A DNA stretch of 63,954 nt, the filler included, from Lenisia limosa (lineage: Eukaryota; Protista; Breviatea): the NCBI GenBank assembly GCA_001655205.1. It is 6 parts of 6 records of this genome, joined end to end, with 100 filler letters (N's around TTAATTAATTAA, not from the genome) between each part and the next. Parts side by side here need not be neighbours in the genome. Positions count along the whole stretch, not along the records: positions 38,164 to 50,196 come from LPNZ01010530.1; positions 50,297 to 59,539 come from LPNZ01003191.1; 4 more parts are not named here. One strand, given 5' to 3'. The position numbers were made by a program, and so were the translations under genes. Positions 39,110 to 50,325 of the stretch are shown here, in pieces (positions within the stretch are counted from its first letter, which is position 1; the number at the start of each line of letters is the position of its first letter). Below the pieces are notes generated by a model, which ran no database searches, was not told where the DNA came from, and saw only the letters and a program-made list of their open reading frames with translations.

Positions 39110-41857
39110 TTATTTCAACCGCCGGATCTTAATGATCCTAGCTTGAATAGAAACATCCCCTCATACGCTGCTACAAACATAGCTCTGTCGTACACGGTAA
39201 CTCCAGCGGCTAAAGAGGTGAGACTGATTTGCGACACTATCATTATATGATATGTAGAGGTTTACGTCCACCCCAGATTTATAGAGATGAGCAATTAAAC
39301 AAGGTTGGGTCTGGCCAAAGCCGTTCACACCCTCACGCTGATAAGATAGTTAAGACTTCCAACACTTCGGTTTGAAAAAAAAAAGACTGAATTTCCCGGT
39401 AAATCCTCAAAACCTATCGATAATTTACCGGTCTGTTTCGAACCGAAGTGAAGCCTGACCCAAGACTTTCGAAACAAGCCGCTCACTTCCGGTTGTCATA
39501 TTGTCGTAGAGATAGAGTTCGGAGAAGTACACTGTCGCTTGGGCTCCAAGAATCATTTTTGACGGTTGCATGCCGGGTGATAACCCAGCGTAACTCTGTA
39601 GGGTTAACAGCAGGTATTGATAATAAAACCACAGGTTTATTTATTTCAAAGAAACTTGGCCGTAAGGAAGTTAAGAAGCCAAAATAGAATTTATTGAATT
39701 ATAATAACAGAAAGAAAGCAAGCGCTCACGGTGGTTTCTTTGAGGGTGATTTTCAGTTGTGGGAGGGCTCCCCAATCAGTGTAACACCCGGATACTGGGT
39801 AAAGCTGAAAGATGAAACTGTATGAAAGATCTAAAACGGTGTATTTGTGATGATAATTATTGCTATTTGTAAAAATAAGAAATTAAACGATTATCTGGCC
39901 GAAGCCATCCACACCATCACACTTATGATTTCAGGGTAACATCAAGGTCATATAATATAAATATATCATATATTATAACTGTATTACTAAGGCTTCACTT
40001 CGGCACCAAAACTCGAACCATAAACCAACATATACAAAGATGTTCCCTCCCCAACATACACTGAAAGTAGTATAACTCGGTACAGAAACGTCGCTAGCCC
40101 ACCACCACTCCGTGGAGCATGCAAGACGGACTGTGAGGCGCTCAGCCTTTTCCGCCACTATATAGGGGGGGGGGGGGNNNNNNNNNNNNNNNNNNNNNNN
40201 NNNNNNNNNNNNNNNNNNNNNNNNNNNNNNNNNNNNNNNNNNNNNNNNNNNNNNNNNNNNNNNNNNNNNNNNNNNNNNNNNNNNNNNNNNNNNNNNNCAC
40301 GAGGGTTGAGTACAACAAACAAACAAAGCCCAGACGAGAAGCCTAGAGACAGCAAAGGGAGAACCACGGGATATTTATGGCAGAGGCAACAGGATCGACT
40401 CTGTTGGCTAAACAATTGAACACATTAATAATCTGATTCAATATCAAGAAACAAAATTGAGAGACACACACTTGAAATAAAACAAAATATTGACAAAGGC
40501 GGCAGTGGGGGGTGAGAAGGAGGGTACCCATACATAAGGATAAACACCNNNNNNNNNNNNNNNNNNNNNNNNNNNNNNNNNNNNNNNNNNNNNNNNNNNN
40601 NNNNNNNNNNNNNNNNNNNNNNNNNNNNNNNNNNNNNNNNNNNNNNNNNNNNNNNNNNNNNNNNNNNNNNNNNNNNNNNNNNNNNNNNNNNNNNNNNNNN
40701 NNNNNNNNNNNNNNNNNNNGCTCAACGTACTTGTATGGGAAGACTCTCTCTCCCCCAACTGTCAGCTGTGTAGAGATGTCACCTGAGAGATTAACTTTGA
40801 TTCCACATTTCTCAATAAATTAGTGATGTATTATCTATATACATATATGCATATATAGTATACTACATATATATTATATAATTACATAGTATATTATAGT
40901 TATATGATATTTATATTTCGATAGCTTAACGATCTTTTCTTCCTGGGATGAAGACCTAATTACGACTACTGAACCAAGAAACTTAGTATGAAATTGGAAG
41001 TGAAGGCAAGATTTGATAATACTATGTATCTTGTACATTACCAAACTAGAAGTAAATTATTAATGTTATCAAAAAGACTAGTAGTTATACCAAGACTATT
41101 CTACCTGTTAGCAGACCATGATAAGCCTAGACCGATTTTTCAGGCGGAAAATCTCATAATATTGGGTACTTCCATGTCTGCCATATCTGGGGCTTCCCAA
41201 AAGTCTCAAAAAAACTTATTTCTTGATAAATCCTCGATAAATAATGATATTTTGACAACATTTCCGACCATTGGAAGCCCTAAGCCTAACCCTCGACCCC
41301 ACAGTTGTCGACATCAACGTTTGTTCCTTGAAGGGTTGTAGCAGTGACAGTTGTGGCATCAAGAGTGCTTACGTCAGCAGTGCCCAAGTGCGAAGTCAGA
41401 GACGTAATAGTGTTGGTCGTGACTGAATTGGTTAAAGATTAATGGTAAAATATGACTATGTATTGTTGAATACGTGGTCAAATAAGTAGTCAAAAGGTGG
41501 TGCAATATATCAGTATCTAGTCAAAGAGTGGTGAAATCGATAGATGGTCAAACTGTGGTGAAATGAATAGTTAAAAAAGAGGTCAATGGGAAGACCCCCC
41601 CCCCTCCCCGCGCTAACCATCATTCGCTTCGAGGGTCTTGATACTCACTACTCAGGTTAGTAACAGAAGCTGTATGAACGGTATTACATGATAACATAGT
41701 ATATTATATACTCCGCCTTGCATCCGCCTTGGATACATAATATATCATGAATATATCAAACTCCCAGAATACCTAAGTCGGGTGTGACAGATATATATGA
41801 TGCACAGCTCAATATCAGTACTGAAAGCACGGCGATAACACCGAAAGGTGCTCTCAT
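39110..41857 (-). CDS. Putative secreted protein with a C-terminal LamG/concanavalin-A-like region
   Basis: Start MRAPFGVIAVLS (signal-like). The last four exons join in frame as LYPVSGCYTDWGALPQLKITLKETT-SYAGLSPGMQPSKMILGAQATVYFSELYLYDNMTTG-TAGVTVYDRAMFVAA-IIKIRRLK-TAA. VTVYDRAM..AAI resembles the LamG VRIYDRAL..AEI end motif. Confidence 0.4.
39284..39346 (-). mobile_element. Family B 3' part
   Basis: Reverse complement TCTTATCAGCGTGAGGGTGTGAACGGCTTTGGCCAGACCCAACCTTGTTTAATTGCTCAT. Confidence 0.75.
39362..39458. mobile_element. Family A MITE, left end eroded
   Basis: ACACTTCGGTTTGAAAAAAAAAAGACTGAATTT...TTCGAACCGAAGTGAAGCC. Confidence 0.8.
39875..39926 (-). mobile_element. Family B 3' part
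   Basis: Reverse complement ATAAGTGTGATGGTGTGGATGGCTTCGGCCAGATAATCGTTTAATTTCTTATT. Confidence 0.75.
41188..41282. mobile_element. Family A MITE, subtype A2
   Basis: GGGGCTTCCC...GATAAATCCTCGATAAAT...GGAAGCCCTA. Confidence 0.7.
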
Positions 41858-42083
41858 TTTCGGAGCTGAGCTGAGCTTTACCCGATTACCCAACGATTAC
41901 CCAAACCAAAGAAAGTTGATGCGTTGATTTGGGAATAATACTAGTGAGTGTGATGATGTATAAAGCCGCTTTTATATGATATAGTACCCTGGTACAATAT
42001 TTATAAGTGAAATTTTGAAAATTGAAAAGACGGCTAATAAGAGACAAGAGTAGCAATTTGGTATCTGGGCGACATTTACCACA

Positions 42084-45000
42084 ATGTCAAATGCAAGGGT
42101 GGAGGAAGAACATGAGCGGCTTCGGCAAGCGGTTTCCTGGGTACAACAGCTTGTAACAAAGGAATTCGACGCCACTCTCTTCTCTTCAACACGATCAGCA
42201 ACAAATTCTCCAAGAAAGCCGCCAAATGGAGGTGAGGATCAGAGCGTTTCGTTTTTCCTTGCTCTCTTTTCGGACCAACTTTCACTTCTATCAAACAGCT
42301 CAGAGTTTCTCTCTTATATTTCCAGGTGTATTTGATGTTATTGATACTTTAGTACCGCAGAAGTCATGTGACGCAATTGTTCCCCTTCAAGACGGATCAA
42401 TGCTGTGCTGCTTGATCAACTTAATTGAGGAGGGCAAGATCAGACGCATTCACTGGTTTGTTGGGTCATAAAGTTGTGAACTAGGAGCCCTAGAAATTAA
42501 GAAGTTAATTGAGAACAGTTTGAAGTGGAACATGTTGCAATCGGAACCCCATCACACCCTTTATTTCAATTTTACCAACCAATTTCCTCAAACAGTTAAT
42601 AGCACGACTGATCCTCTAGTCAGCGTTCGGAATGGTGGATCATATAATCAAACTCATATTCACATTCCTAGCAGAGTGTTGTATTCTTGCCAACAATAAA
42701 ACTATCTTTTGAGAGTCGATCCTTTAATTCCCTTTTTCAACTGTTCCCACGAACAAATTAATTGGCAAAAATTGAGACTAGATTGTCTGAAGCGGAGTTC
42801 TGGGTGCAATATCATTGTTCCACTCTCTTAATTTCTCATTAATTGCAGCGCCTTCTATTTCGTATCTTCATTTTGCTTCTCTTTCACTTGGGAATGTCCC
42901 CCATTCAGTCTTCAAGGCAATTATCCTTGGTGCACTGAGATTTCATTTCCCCTTTTTTGCTCTCTTCAGGAAATACTCAAAGCTAAGGCTTCCCTACAGT
43001 CCCCCTCCCCAAAAAAACAAAGAGAGGATTTTCTCGAAAATCCTTCTCGATAATTATCGACATCATACCGGCCTTTTCAGGAAAACAAGGAAGGCCTATC
43101 CACTCAGGTCCCAAAAAGACTGATAAAATATCGACATTTATCGAGAATTGATCTTGAAATACAGTGTGACTTGTAACAAAAAAGAAGGCCTTTACCTTGG
43201 CGTAGAACTTTTAATTCTTACAGATAGGGCTTCACTTTGGTTGGAGACTGAAAACTATCGATATTTTACCGGTATTTTTCGAACCGAAGTGAAGCGCTAC
43301 TTATATATATTTAGTGTTTTTCAAATTCATCCATTTCATATATCCTCCAATGTTGGGTCCATAACGTGTTTTGACGTCCTAGGGAGGCTTCAGTGCGGTT
43401 CAAGCGGCTTCAGAACGTAACGTCCTTCGTTGATGCCTGTCGTGACTTCGGCGTCAATGAGAGAGTAAGGGGGACAGTGTCGTGACTACGGTGTCAGTGA
43501 GAGAGTAAGGGGGATGGTGTGAAGTTGGTTGAGGGCAAGAGCAGGAGAACATTCAGAGGGTACAGGGAGGATTTCCATGTGAAATGAGCGGGTTGGGGTG
43601 TGAAGGGAGTATTTGTTGATATGGACGAGCGGCAATATGGGCACTTAGCTGCAGGGAGCTGGAAATGTTGGAAACAAAAAAGTTCGACGACTTTGCTTCA
43701 AGAAAAGGTGTTAAAGGAGGTCCCCCCCCCCATGATATCACCTGTGGGGGGATCTCCTTTAGATATCACCTTGTTTTTTTTCCTCTCATTTCTACATGTA
43801 GTATTGATATGATATACGTATCTACATGTATACCCCTCCTGTGTTACTTTCCTTCAGAGTCTCATTGCACCTTCGGACCTCCTTGATGGTAAGGCGCCCT
43901 ACAAAGTGTCCGACACTCTCTATGCGCTTGCTGCGTTACCCCAGGTCAGGGATTGAAAGTTGTCAATTATCCTTTTTTTGAAGTGAAGTCTCTATTGAAA
44001 CAGGAACATAGAGATCCGTCGGTTGACTATCCCGCCAATTATCGTGTGAATCAGCATTACACTGTTATCCAATTTCTCTTATATGCGCAATATTGAAGAC
44101 GGCTTCGGTCAGATATAACCTTATTTTATTTCACTCTCTATATGTACTAAATGTATGTACCAAAAAATATATATATGATATGCATCTGATATATGTATAT
44201 CATATGCATGATATGATATAGTATAGTATATATAGTATATATATATATGTTATATTTTTACCGCGTACCCCCAGGCAAGAAAACTAAGTCCCAGTCTTCT
44301 ACCACCCCCTCGACGAAGAACCATTTTCTGGAAGCATTCGCCAAAAGTGGGCTCGGATTGGACACCAGAACACCAATCACCAATCATAAGGACTTCACTT
44401 CGGTTTGAAAAAGACCGGTAAATTATCGATAGTTTTCGTGGATTTATCGAGAAATTCAGTTTTTTTTGAACCGAAGGGAAACCCTACCAATCATACTTAT
44501 CTGTAATAACTGTGCTTCCACGGTCAAAGAAAAGACTGAACATTTCGATATATCGTCAATAAATATCGATATTTTACTGGTCTTTTTGGGACCGTAAGGA
44601 TGCCCTTGTAATACCCCAACCAGTCCCAGGCGGCAATTGCCTCGCGGAACTTCAATGCGGCCGGCTCCCCTTCTCCTTCCCCCACATCGTCTCCCTCCCC
44701 CCCGGTAGGCAGGGTGTCAGCATCCTTACAAAGTCTCAATTACTACTTTTTTAAATGCGAATGCTCAGGTGGACTGTTATTTGTCCTATCGTCTATATAC
44801 AGGGGATCACGCAGAAAGCTGTGTTTCTAGAGTTGTAAGGCATATTCTTGTGAATTAATAGTACTTGTATCTTTTATAAGCGTGAGATGTGGACCCCTTC
44901 GATCTGACACCACCACCTGCTTTGTTTCTCATCTATATATTATAGCATCTGAACCACACAGATCGCTTGCTTCACAATATTGACTGTTTCAGGCTGAAGA

Positions 45001-48000
45001 GCTAGCATCCCCAGTGTATCTTGACTCCAATGTGAGTACAGTGAAAAAGCCCGAGCCTGCTGATGAGGATGAGGGGGTCAGTACCTCCATTAACCATGAT
45101 GCCGTCCCTAAGGATTCCCCATCAACTACTCCCCAGGTTTGACTGGCCACTTACCGACATTTAAATAAGGAGGCTTCACTTGACTGTTTTTTTTTTTTTT
45201 TCGATAACTTTAATATAAATATCAACATGAAACCCTTGTACGAGGTATTGACTATCTGTGGTGGGTAAAGAGTGACAAGTGATTCGAACATATTGCCTCT
45301 CATATCAATATCAATCTTATTGTCGTCGGCCTTCTCATCGATCAGAAAAAGATTAATAGAGAATTTATCGAAAAATCGTGTTTTTTTCTATTACTGTAAG
45401 CTACATTCTTACCCTCTCCATAGCCGACCGTTGACGACAACATACAAGAGCAAGAGCCATCTTTGCAAGGCGATCCGGTGAGTGGCTGGGTTTGAGTGGT
45501 AATATGTTTGAGAATGTGTTTGGGGTTTGTTTTGTGTTTAGAACATTGCTTTTGAACATGTTTTTGTGTGGGGTTTTGAATTTAAGTTTGAATTTATTAT
45601 AAGTTTGAATATGTTTTGTATTTGTGTTTGAACTTGAATTTGGTTTCGCGTTGCATGAAGTTCATGCATTTGATATTGAGCATGAGCTTCTTCTGAAGTT
45701 TGAGGTGTGAGCATGAGTTTCTTCTGAAGTGTGAGTGTGCGTTGTAGTATTTATTTGAACATGGGCTTTTTTTTTTGTTCTTTCTGTTGTTTTCAAACCG
45801 TTAGGTTTTATTTAGTTTAATTAATTTCTATTTACACATTTACCCCCCCTCCCCGAGTGATGGGATGCGGTGCTGCGACTAGCCTGGGCTTTGTTTGTTT
45901 TGTTGTTTTCAACCTTTAGGTGTTGTCAACCAACAGAGTTGACTTTTGGGAATTCTTTGTTTCATATGTATATTTTCCAATTTTCACCCCCCACACACAC
46001 ACTCAGAGCATGTGCAGCAGCGGGTCAAGTCACATGACCAGCGATGACGAGTCCGATCAAAAGATCGTGTTATCGTCGCCATCTGGCTCGGATAATGAGC
46101 TTGAGCGTCTGCAAGATAACATGTGGGATTGGCATGGATTTGTTTCATTTCGACTTTTTTTGAACCGGCTGACCTGGGCTTTTTTTTTNNNNNNNNNNNN
46201 NNNNNNNNNNNNNNNNNNNNNNNNNNNNNNNNNNNNNNNNNNNNNNNNNNNNNNNNNNNTATCTGAGTTATTATCTTTATTTACTCCTCCACCCCTCTCC
46301 CTTGGGTTTCACTTCGGTTCAAAAAAACTCAGGAAAATATCGATAGTTTTGGAGGATTTATCGAGAAATTCCTTCTTTTGTTTTTTGAACCAAAGTGAAG
46401 CCCTACCTCTCCCCCATTCCCTCTCTCTTTTCATGCCATTCAGGGCGAATATCGAGGTTGATGACGATGACGATAATTGGTAGGTAAACTGTATTAATTT
46501 ACCCGACTATGGTGGCTTCATGTATAGCATTGCACTTGCAGCCTCATTGTAAACTTTGGCTGAAATGAAGGAAGTAATTTTCCAGGTCTTGGTTTCATTT
46601 CACAAAAATGAGGATCATAGAACGTGAACTTGAACCAGGACCCGGAAATTAATTCCTTCATTTCAGCTAAAGCTTGCCAGCATGAGGCTGCAAGTGCTAT
46701 GCTCGGCCAGATACAACCTTGTTTAATTTGCCATCCCTATGTATAACAACCCATCCCGATGTATAACAGCCCCAGGTCCACTGACCCCGATTACGAGGCC
46801 ACCAAAATCGACCGGAGCATTAAACACCTGCGGCCGGCAGACGAACACGAAAATGACTCTGAAGCCGCCACTGTCTCAGGCTCGGCCGTGGGGGGGGGGG
46901 GNNNNNNNNNNNNNNNNNNNNNNNNNNNNNNNNNNNNNNNNNNNNNNNNNNNNNNNNNNNNNNNNNNNNNNNTATTGAAATTAAGTTTTGTTTTTGTTTA
47001 AACTGAAGTAAAGCCCTTGGTATATTTTACCTTGGCTCTCCTTTGGGTACTTCAAACACAGCAATTGACAACAGCAGGTGTTTGGAGTGATGAGAGGGAA
47101 GTGCCTAGAGCCTGACTGCGACTGTCACAAATACCAGATGCCTGAAGGTGGGGGTGGGGGGGATAAAGTGAAGAGCTTCTCTATACGCCCAAGAAAGTTA
47201 TACATACTTGTGTATATGTACCTACATATATTCATCATTTCTCTTTCTTAGTATAAATAGATCTTCTTTTAGTCTTTAGCAATCATCTGCATTTTGCGTA
47301 CTTTACAAATAGCTTTTAACGATTATTTACACGACACGACCACAGACCCTATATTAAGATTGATTGTATTACCAGCATTTCCCCTTCCTTTACAGGGACA
47401 AAATATAAAGGGCTTCCCTACATTTCGGAAGATACCGGTAAAATATCGATGTTTATCGAGGATTTATCGAGAAAATCAGTCATTTTTGGGACTGTGGGGA
47501 GTCTCTCTTTACAATAGAAAGTAGTATAAATAGATCGACACTACTCTTCATTTCGCTTTACTTCCCTATCGATATGTAACACTCACCTTTATCCCTTACT
47601 TTACATCATTGGTTCAACGTTCCTCTTCATTTCCCCTTACTTTATAGGGGGAGGCGCCTGTCTTAACTGCGGACATTATCCCGTGCGACATAAAAACAAG
47701 AGTATTGAGTGGGGGGGGGGGNNNNNNNNNNNNNNNNNNNNNNNNNNNNNNNNNNNNNNNNNNNNNNNNNNNNNNNNNNNNNNNNNNNNNNNNNNNNNNN
47801 NNNGGGCCTTTATCTCCGCTTTTATCCGCATTTGACCTTGTGTTTTACATCTTGACCCTTACTCTCATTCATTAATTTAATTCTTGAACCATCATCTCTG
47901 CATTTATCCATCTTATGATTGCAGAGTTGATCCTGTTCTTACGTCAATTGACTTGTCGAAACTTCAATTTGGCGAGGTTGGCTTGGTTTTGTGCACTCAT

Positions 48001-50008
48001 CAATTTGTTGGTTTTTTTTAGAAAGCACTTTGACGATCGGATGTTATCCACACCGCTCTGCGTCTCACTAATTGAGCTTTATCCTGAGTAAATCGTGTCA
48101 GGTCTTATTGCGTCAGTGTTTTGTATAGCGGTCAATGAAGCCTACTGATAATGTTATCTATTGAAGGGTAATAAGCCCATGTACACTACTGTCTTCTAGG
48201 GCTGCAGTAATAATTATTCTAATGATTGGGCTCTAATAACTTCGATTAAGAAGTCCATTTATAACTAACTTCTAATGTTTTAGATTGTTGTTCACTAATG
48301 GTTTAGATTATCGGTCAAGGCACGTTCGGCAAGGTTTACATTGCTCGTTTGGATGGCACCTTGGTAGCGGTGAAGAAGCTCATTCACCAGGTATAGGGGG
48401 GTTGCTGTATTAATAATCCTATATCTCTCAAAAGTGTGATGGAGTGGACGGCTTCGTTTTATTGCCCATCTTTAATATATATGGGGGAAGCCCCCCCCCC
48501 CCCCTNNNNNNNNNNNNNNNNNNNNNNNNNNNNNNNNNNNNNNNNNNNNNNNNNNNNNNNNNNNNNNNNNNNNNNNNNNNNNNNNNNNNNNNNNNNNNNN
48601 NNNNNNNNNNNNNNNNNNNNNNNNNNNNNNNNNNNNNNNNNNNNNNNNNNNNNNNNNNNNNNNNNNNNNNNNNNNNNNNNNNNNNNNNNNNNNNNNNNNN
48701 NNNGCTGTGGGGGGTGTTAAGATACTGGGGTTGGTGAGGTATTAGTGTCTTTTTTTTGGACCGTAGGGAAGCCCTAGGTAGTAGTAACATGAAGTTGATG
48801 AGGAATGGGATGAAAGTGCGGGGTATTACACTGCTTAAGGGGGTTATTAATTGTGCAAATTTCAAACAAGGCGTATTTATGTGTGTGGTTAAAAGGGGGA
48901 TGAGTAGTATGTAGTATGGACTGACAGGTTTTTGCAGAAGGGGTGCTAACATGAGGCTTTTTGCTTTTCCCGCCATTTTANNNNNNNNNNNNNNNNNNNN
49001 NNNNNNNNNNNNNNNNNNNNNNNNNNNNNNNNNNNNNNNNNNNNNNNNNNNNNNNNNNNNNNNNNNNNNNNNNNNNNNNNNNNNNNGGTGGACAAGAAAC
49101 ACAACTACTCAATTGTCACCGAATTCATGGACAGAGGGTCTCTCTATGCAGTTGGGCGGTGTTCTATTTGCTCAGAACCACTTAGCATATCATATCTAAG
49201 ATAAAACCTTTGTTTTTTGCACTTAGCATATCATATCTAAGATAAAACCTTTTTTTTTGTATCCAATCAAGGTCGGTTATATTGGGCTTGCTATACTTTC
49301 TTTCTTTGTTATTCACCAAAAATAGGTGTGGTTGGAGGAGTTTATCATATTGTATGATACCTAACATTGTTTCATCTTTCGTTATACTGTTTTCAGAGTT
49401 GATTTTTGTTTCAAAAATTGCCCATGCTTACTTACCCCCCCCCCCCCCNNNNNNNNNNNNNNNNNNNNNNNNNNNNNNNNNNNNNNNNNNNNNNNNNNNN
49501 NNNNNNNNNNNNNNNNNNNNNNNNNNNNNNNNNNNNNNNNNNNNNNNNNNNNNNNNNNNNNNNNNNNNNNNNNNNNNNNNNNNNNNNNNNNNNNNNNNNN
49601 NNNNNNNNNNNNNNNNNNNNNNNNNNNNNNNNNNNNNNNNNNNNNNNNNNNNNNNNNNNNNNNNNNNNNNNNNNNNNNNNNTTTATTATTTTTATTATTT
49701 TTTATTATTATTATTTTATTTTTTTTGTGGGAGGGGGGGGACAAATAAATGAAGTTTTAAAAAGAGAAATGAAATAAGTGGGGATATGACAGAAGTCGTC
49801 AAACTGATACAAATTAATTAACCCAATTGTGTACCTTAAATCATGTGTGAGATCCATAAATAGTGCTGTGTAGGGACATAGCCTGATANNNNNNNNNNNN
49901 NNNNNNNNNNNNNNNNNNNNNNNNNNNNNNNNNNNNNNNNNNNNNNNNNNNNNNNNNNGTGACCTCAAGAGCCTCAACCTGCTCGTTGATGAGCATTACA
50001 CTGTTAAG
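42084..50008 (+). CDS. Tyrosine-kinase-like (TKL) kinase with N-terminal calponin-homology domain and a Cys/His motif (3' end cut by scaffold end)
   Basis: CH domain: LQDGSMLCCLINLIEEGKIRRIH..FKRLQNVTSFVDACRDFGVNER-SLIAPSDLLDGKAPYKVSDTLYALA. Kinase: IIGQGTFGKVYIARLDGTLVAVKKL, SIVTEFMDRGSL, DLKSLNLLVDEHYTVK. Continuity across N gaps is assumed. Confidence 0.8.
42984..43098. mobile_element. Family A MITE, subtype A2, degenerate
   Basis: TAAGGCTTCCCTACAGTCCC...TCGATAATTATCGAC...GGAAGGCCTA. Confidence 0.6.
43225..43299. mobile_element. Family A MITE, short
   Basis: TAGGGCTTCACTTTGGTT...TTCGAACCGAAGTGAAGCGCTA. Flanks CTTACAGA/CTTATATA (6/8). Confidence 0.8.
43438..43514 (+). repeat. 40-bp tandem duplication of an exon end plus its 5' splice site
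   Basis: TGTCGTGACTTCGGCGTCAATGAGAGA|GTAAGGGGGA repeated as TGTCGTGACTACGGTGTCAGTGAGAGA|GTAAGGGGGA. Confidence 0.85.
44096..44135 (+). mobile_element. Family B 3' fragment
   Basis: GAAGACGGCTTCGGTCAGATATAACCTTATTTTATTTCAC. Kinase intron, sense. Confidence 0.7.
44388..44486. mobile_element. Family A MITE
   Basis: AAGGACTTCACTTCGGTTTGAAAAAGAC...GAACCGAAGGGAAACCCTA. Perfect TSD CCAATCAT. Confidence 0.88.
44511..44607. mobile_element. Family A MITE, subtype A2
   Basis: TGTGCTTCCACGGTC...GGGACCGTAAGGATGCCCTT. Flanks GTAATAAC/GTAATACC (7/8). Confidence 0.75.
44802..44932 (+). mobile_element. Family B element, near full length
   Basis: GGGGATCACGCAGAAAGCTGTGTTTCTAGAGTTGTAAGGCA..TATAAGCGTGAGATGTGGAC..TTTGTTTCTCAT. 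Kinase intron, sense. Confidence 0.8.
46302..46405. mobile_element. Family A MITE
   Basis: TTGGGTTTCACTTCGGTTCAAAAAAAC...GAACCAAAGTGAAGCCCTA. Perfect TSD CCTCTCCC. Confidence 0.88.
46510..46730 (+). mobile_element. Family B 3' part interrupted by foldback element C
   Basis: ATGGTGGCTTC | insert | CGGCCAGATACAACCTTGTTTAATTTG. Confidence 0.65.
46526..46703. repeat. Element C: 178-bp foldback (long imperfect inverted repeat)
   Basis: Left arm AGCATTGCACTTGCAGCCTCAT..GCTGAAATGAAGGAAGTAATTTTCCAGGTCTTGGTTTCA pairs with right arm TGAACCAGGACCCGGAAATTAATTCCTTCATTTCAGC..ATGAGGCTGCAAGTGCTATGCT (about 73-bp arms). Confidence 0.85.
47408..47505. mobile_element. Family A MITE, subtype A2
   Basis: AAGGGCTTCCCTAC...TATCGAGGATTTATCGAGAAAATCAGTC...GGGACTGTGGGGAG. 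Confidence 0.7.
48747..48776. mobile_element. Family A (A2) solo right arm
   Basis: GTCTTTTTTTTGGACCGTAGGGAAGCCCTA. Confidence 0.6.
49179..49258. repeat. 41-bp tandem duplication containing a CTTAG..CTAAG hairpin
   Basis: CACTTAGCATATCATATCTAAGATAAAACCTTT occurs twice. Kinase intron. Confidence 0.85.
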
Positions 50009-50177
50009 GTATTTTAGCTAGAGATGACTCCCCAGGAATATAACATTGTTAAGATATCTATTGATATGTTGTGCTGATGGCTTCTCTTTGGGTCCACTGG
50101 TAGTTCTAAGTTTTGAACGGTTTCAATGAAGGATATCCGATTCATATCGGTCACAACTTACATTTATCTATATTGTA

Positions 50178-50196
50178 TCTTATAAGCGTGATGGTG
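50178..50196 (+). mobile_element. Family B fragment cut by scaffold end
   Basis: TCTTATAAGCGTGATGGTG then linker Ns. Confidence 0.6.
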
Positions 50197-50296
50197 NNNN
50201 NNNNNNNNNNNNNNNNNNNNNNNNNNNNNNNNNNNNNNNNTTAATTAATTAANNNNNNNNNNNNNNNNNNNNNNNNNNNNNNNNNNNNNNNNNNNN
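50197..50296. other. Synthetic scaffold linker
   Basis: N44-TTAATTAATTAA-N44. Confidence 0.97.
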
Positions 50297-50325
50297 ATTG
50301 GGGGTGGGGGCGGAGTTGAACTCAC

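Noticed and set aside
39110-40800. Aspartic protease assignment for the minus-strand secreted protein
   Set aside because: No DTG/DSG catalytic motif seen, and the C-terminus fits a LamG-like pattern better. Both remain unconfirmed.
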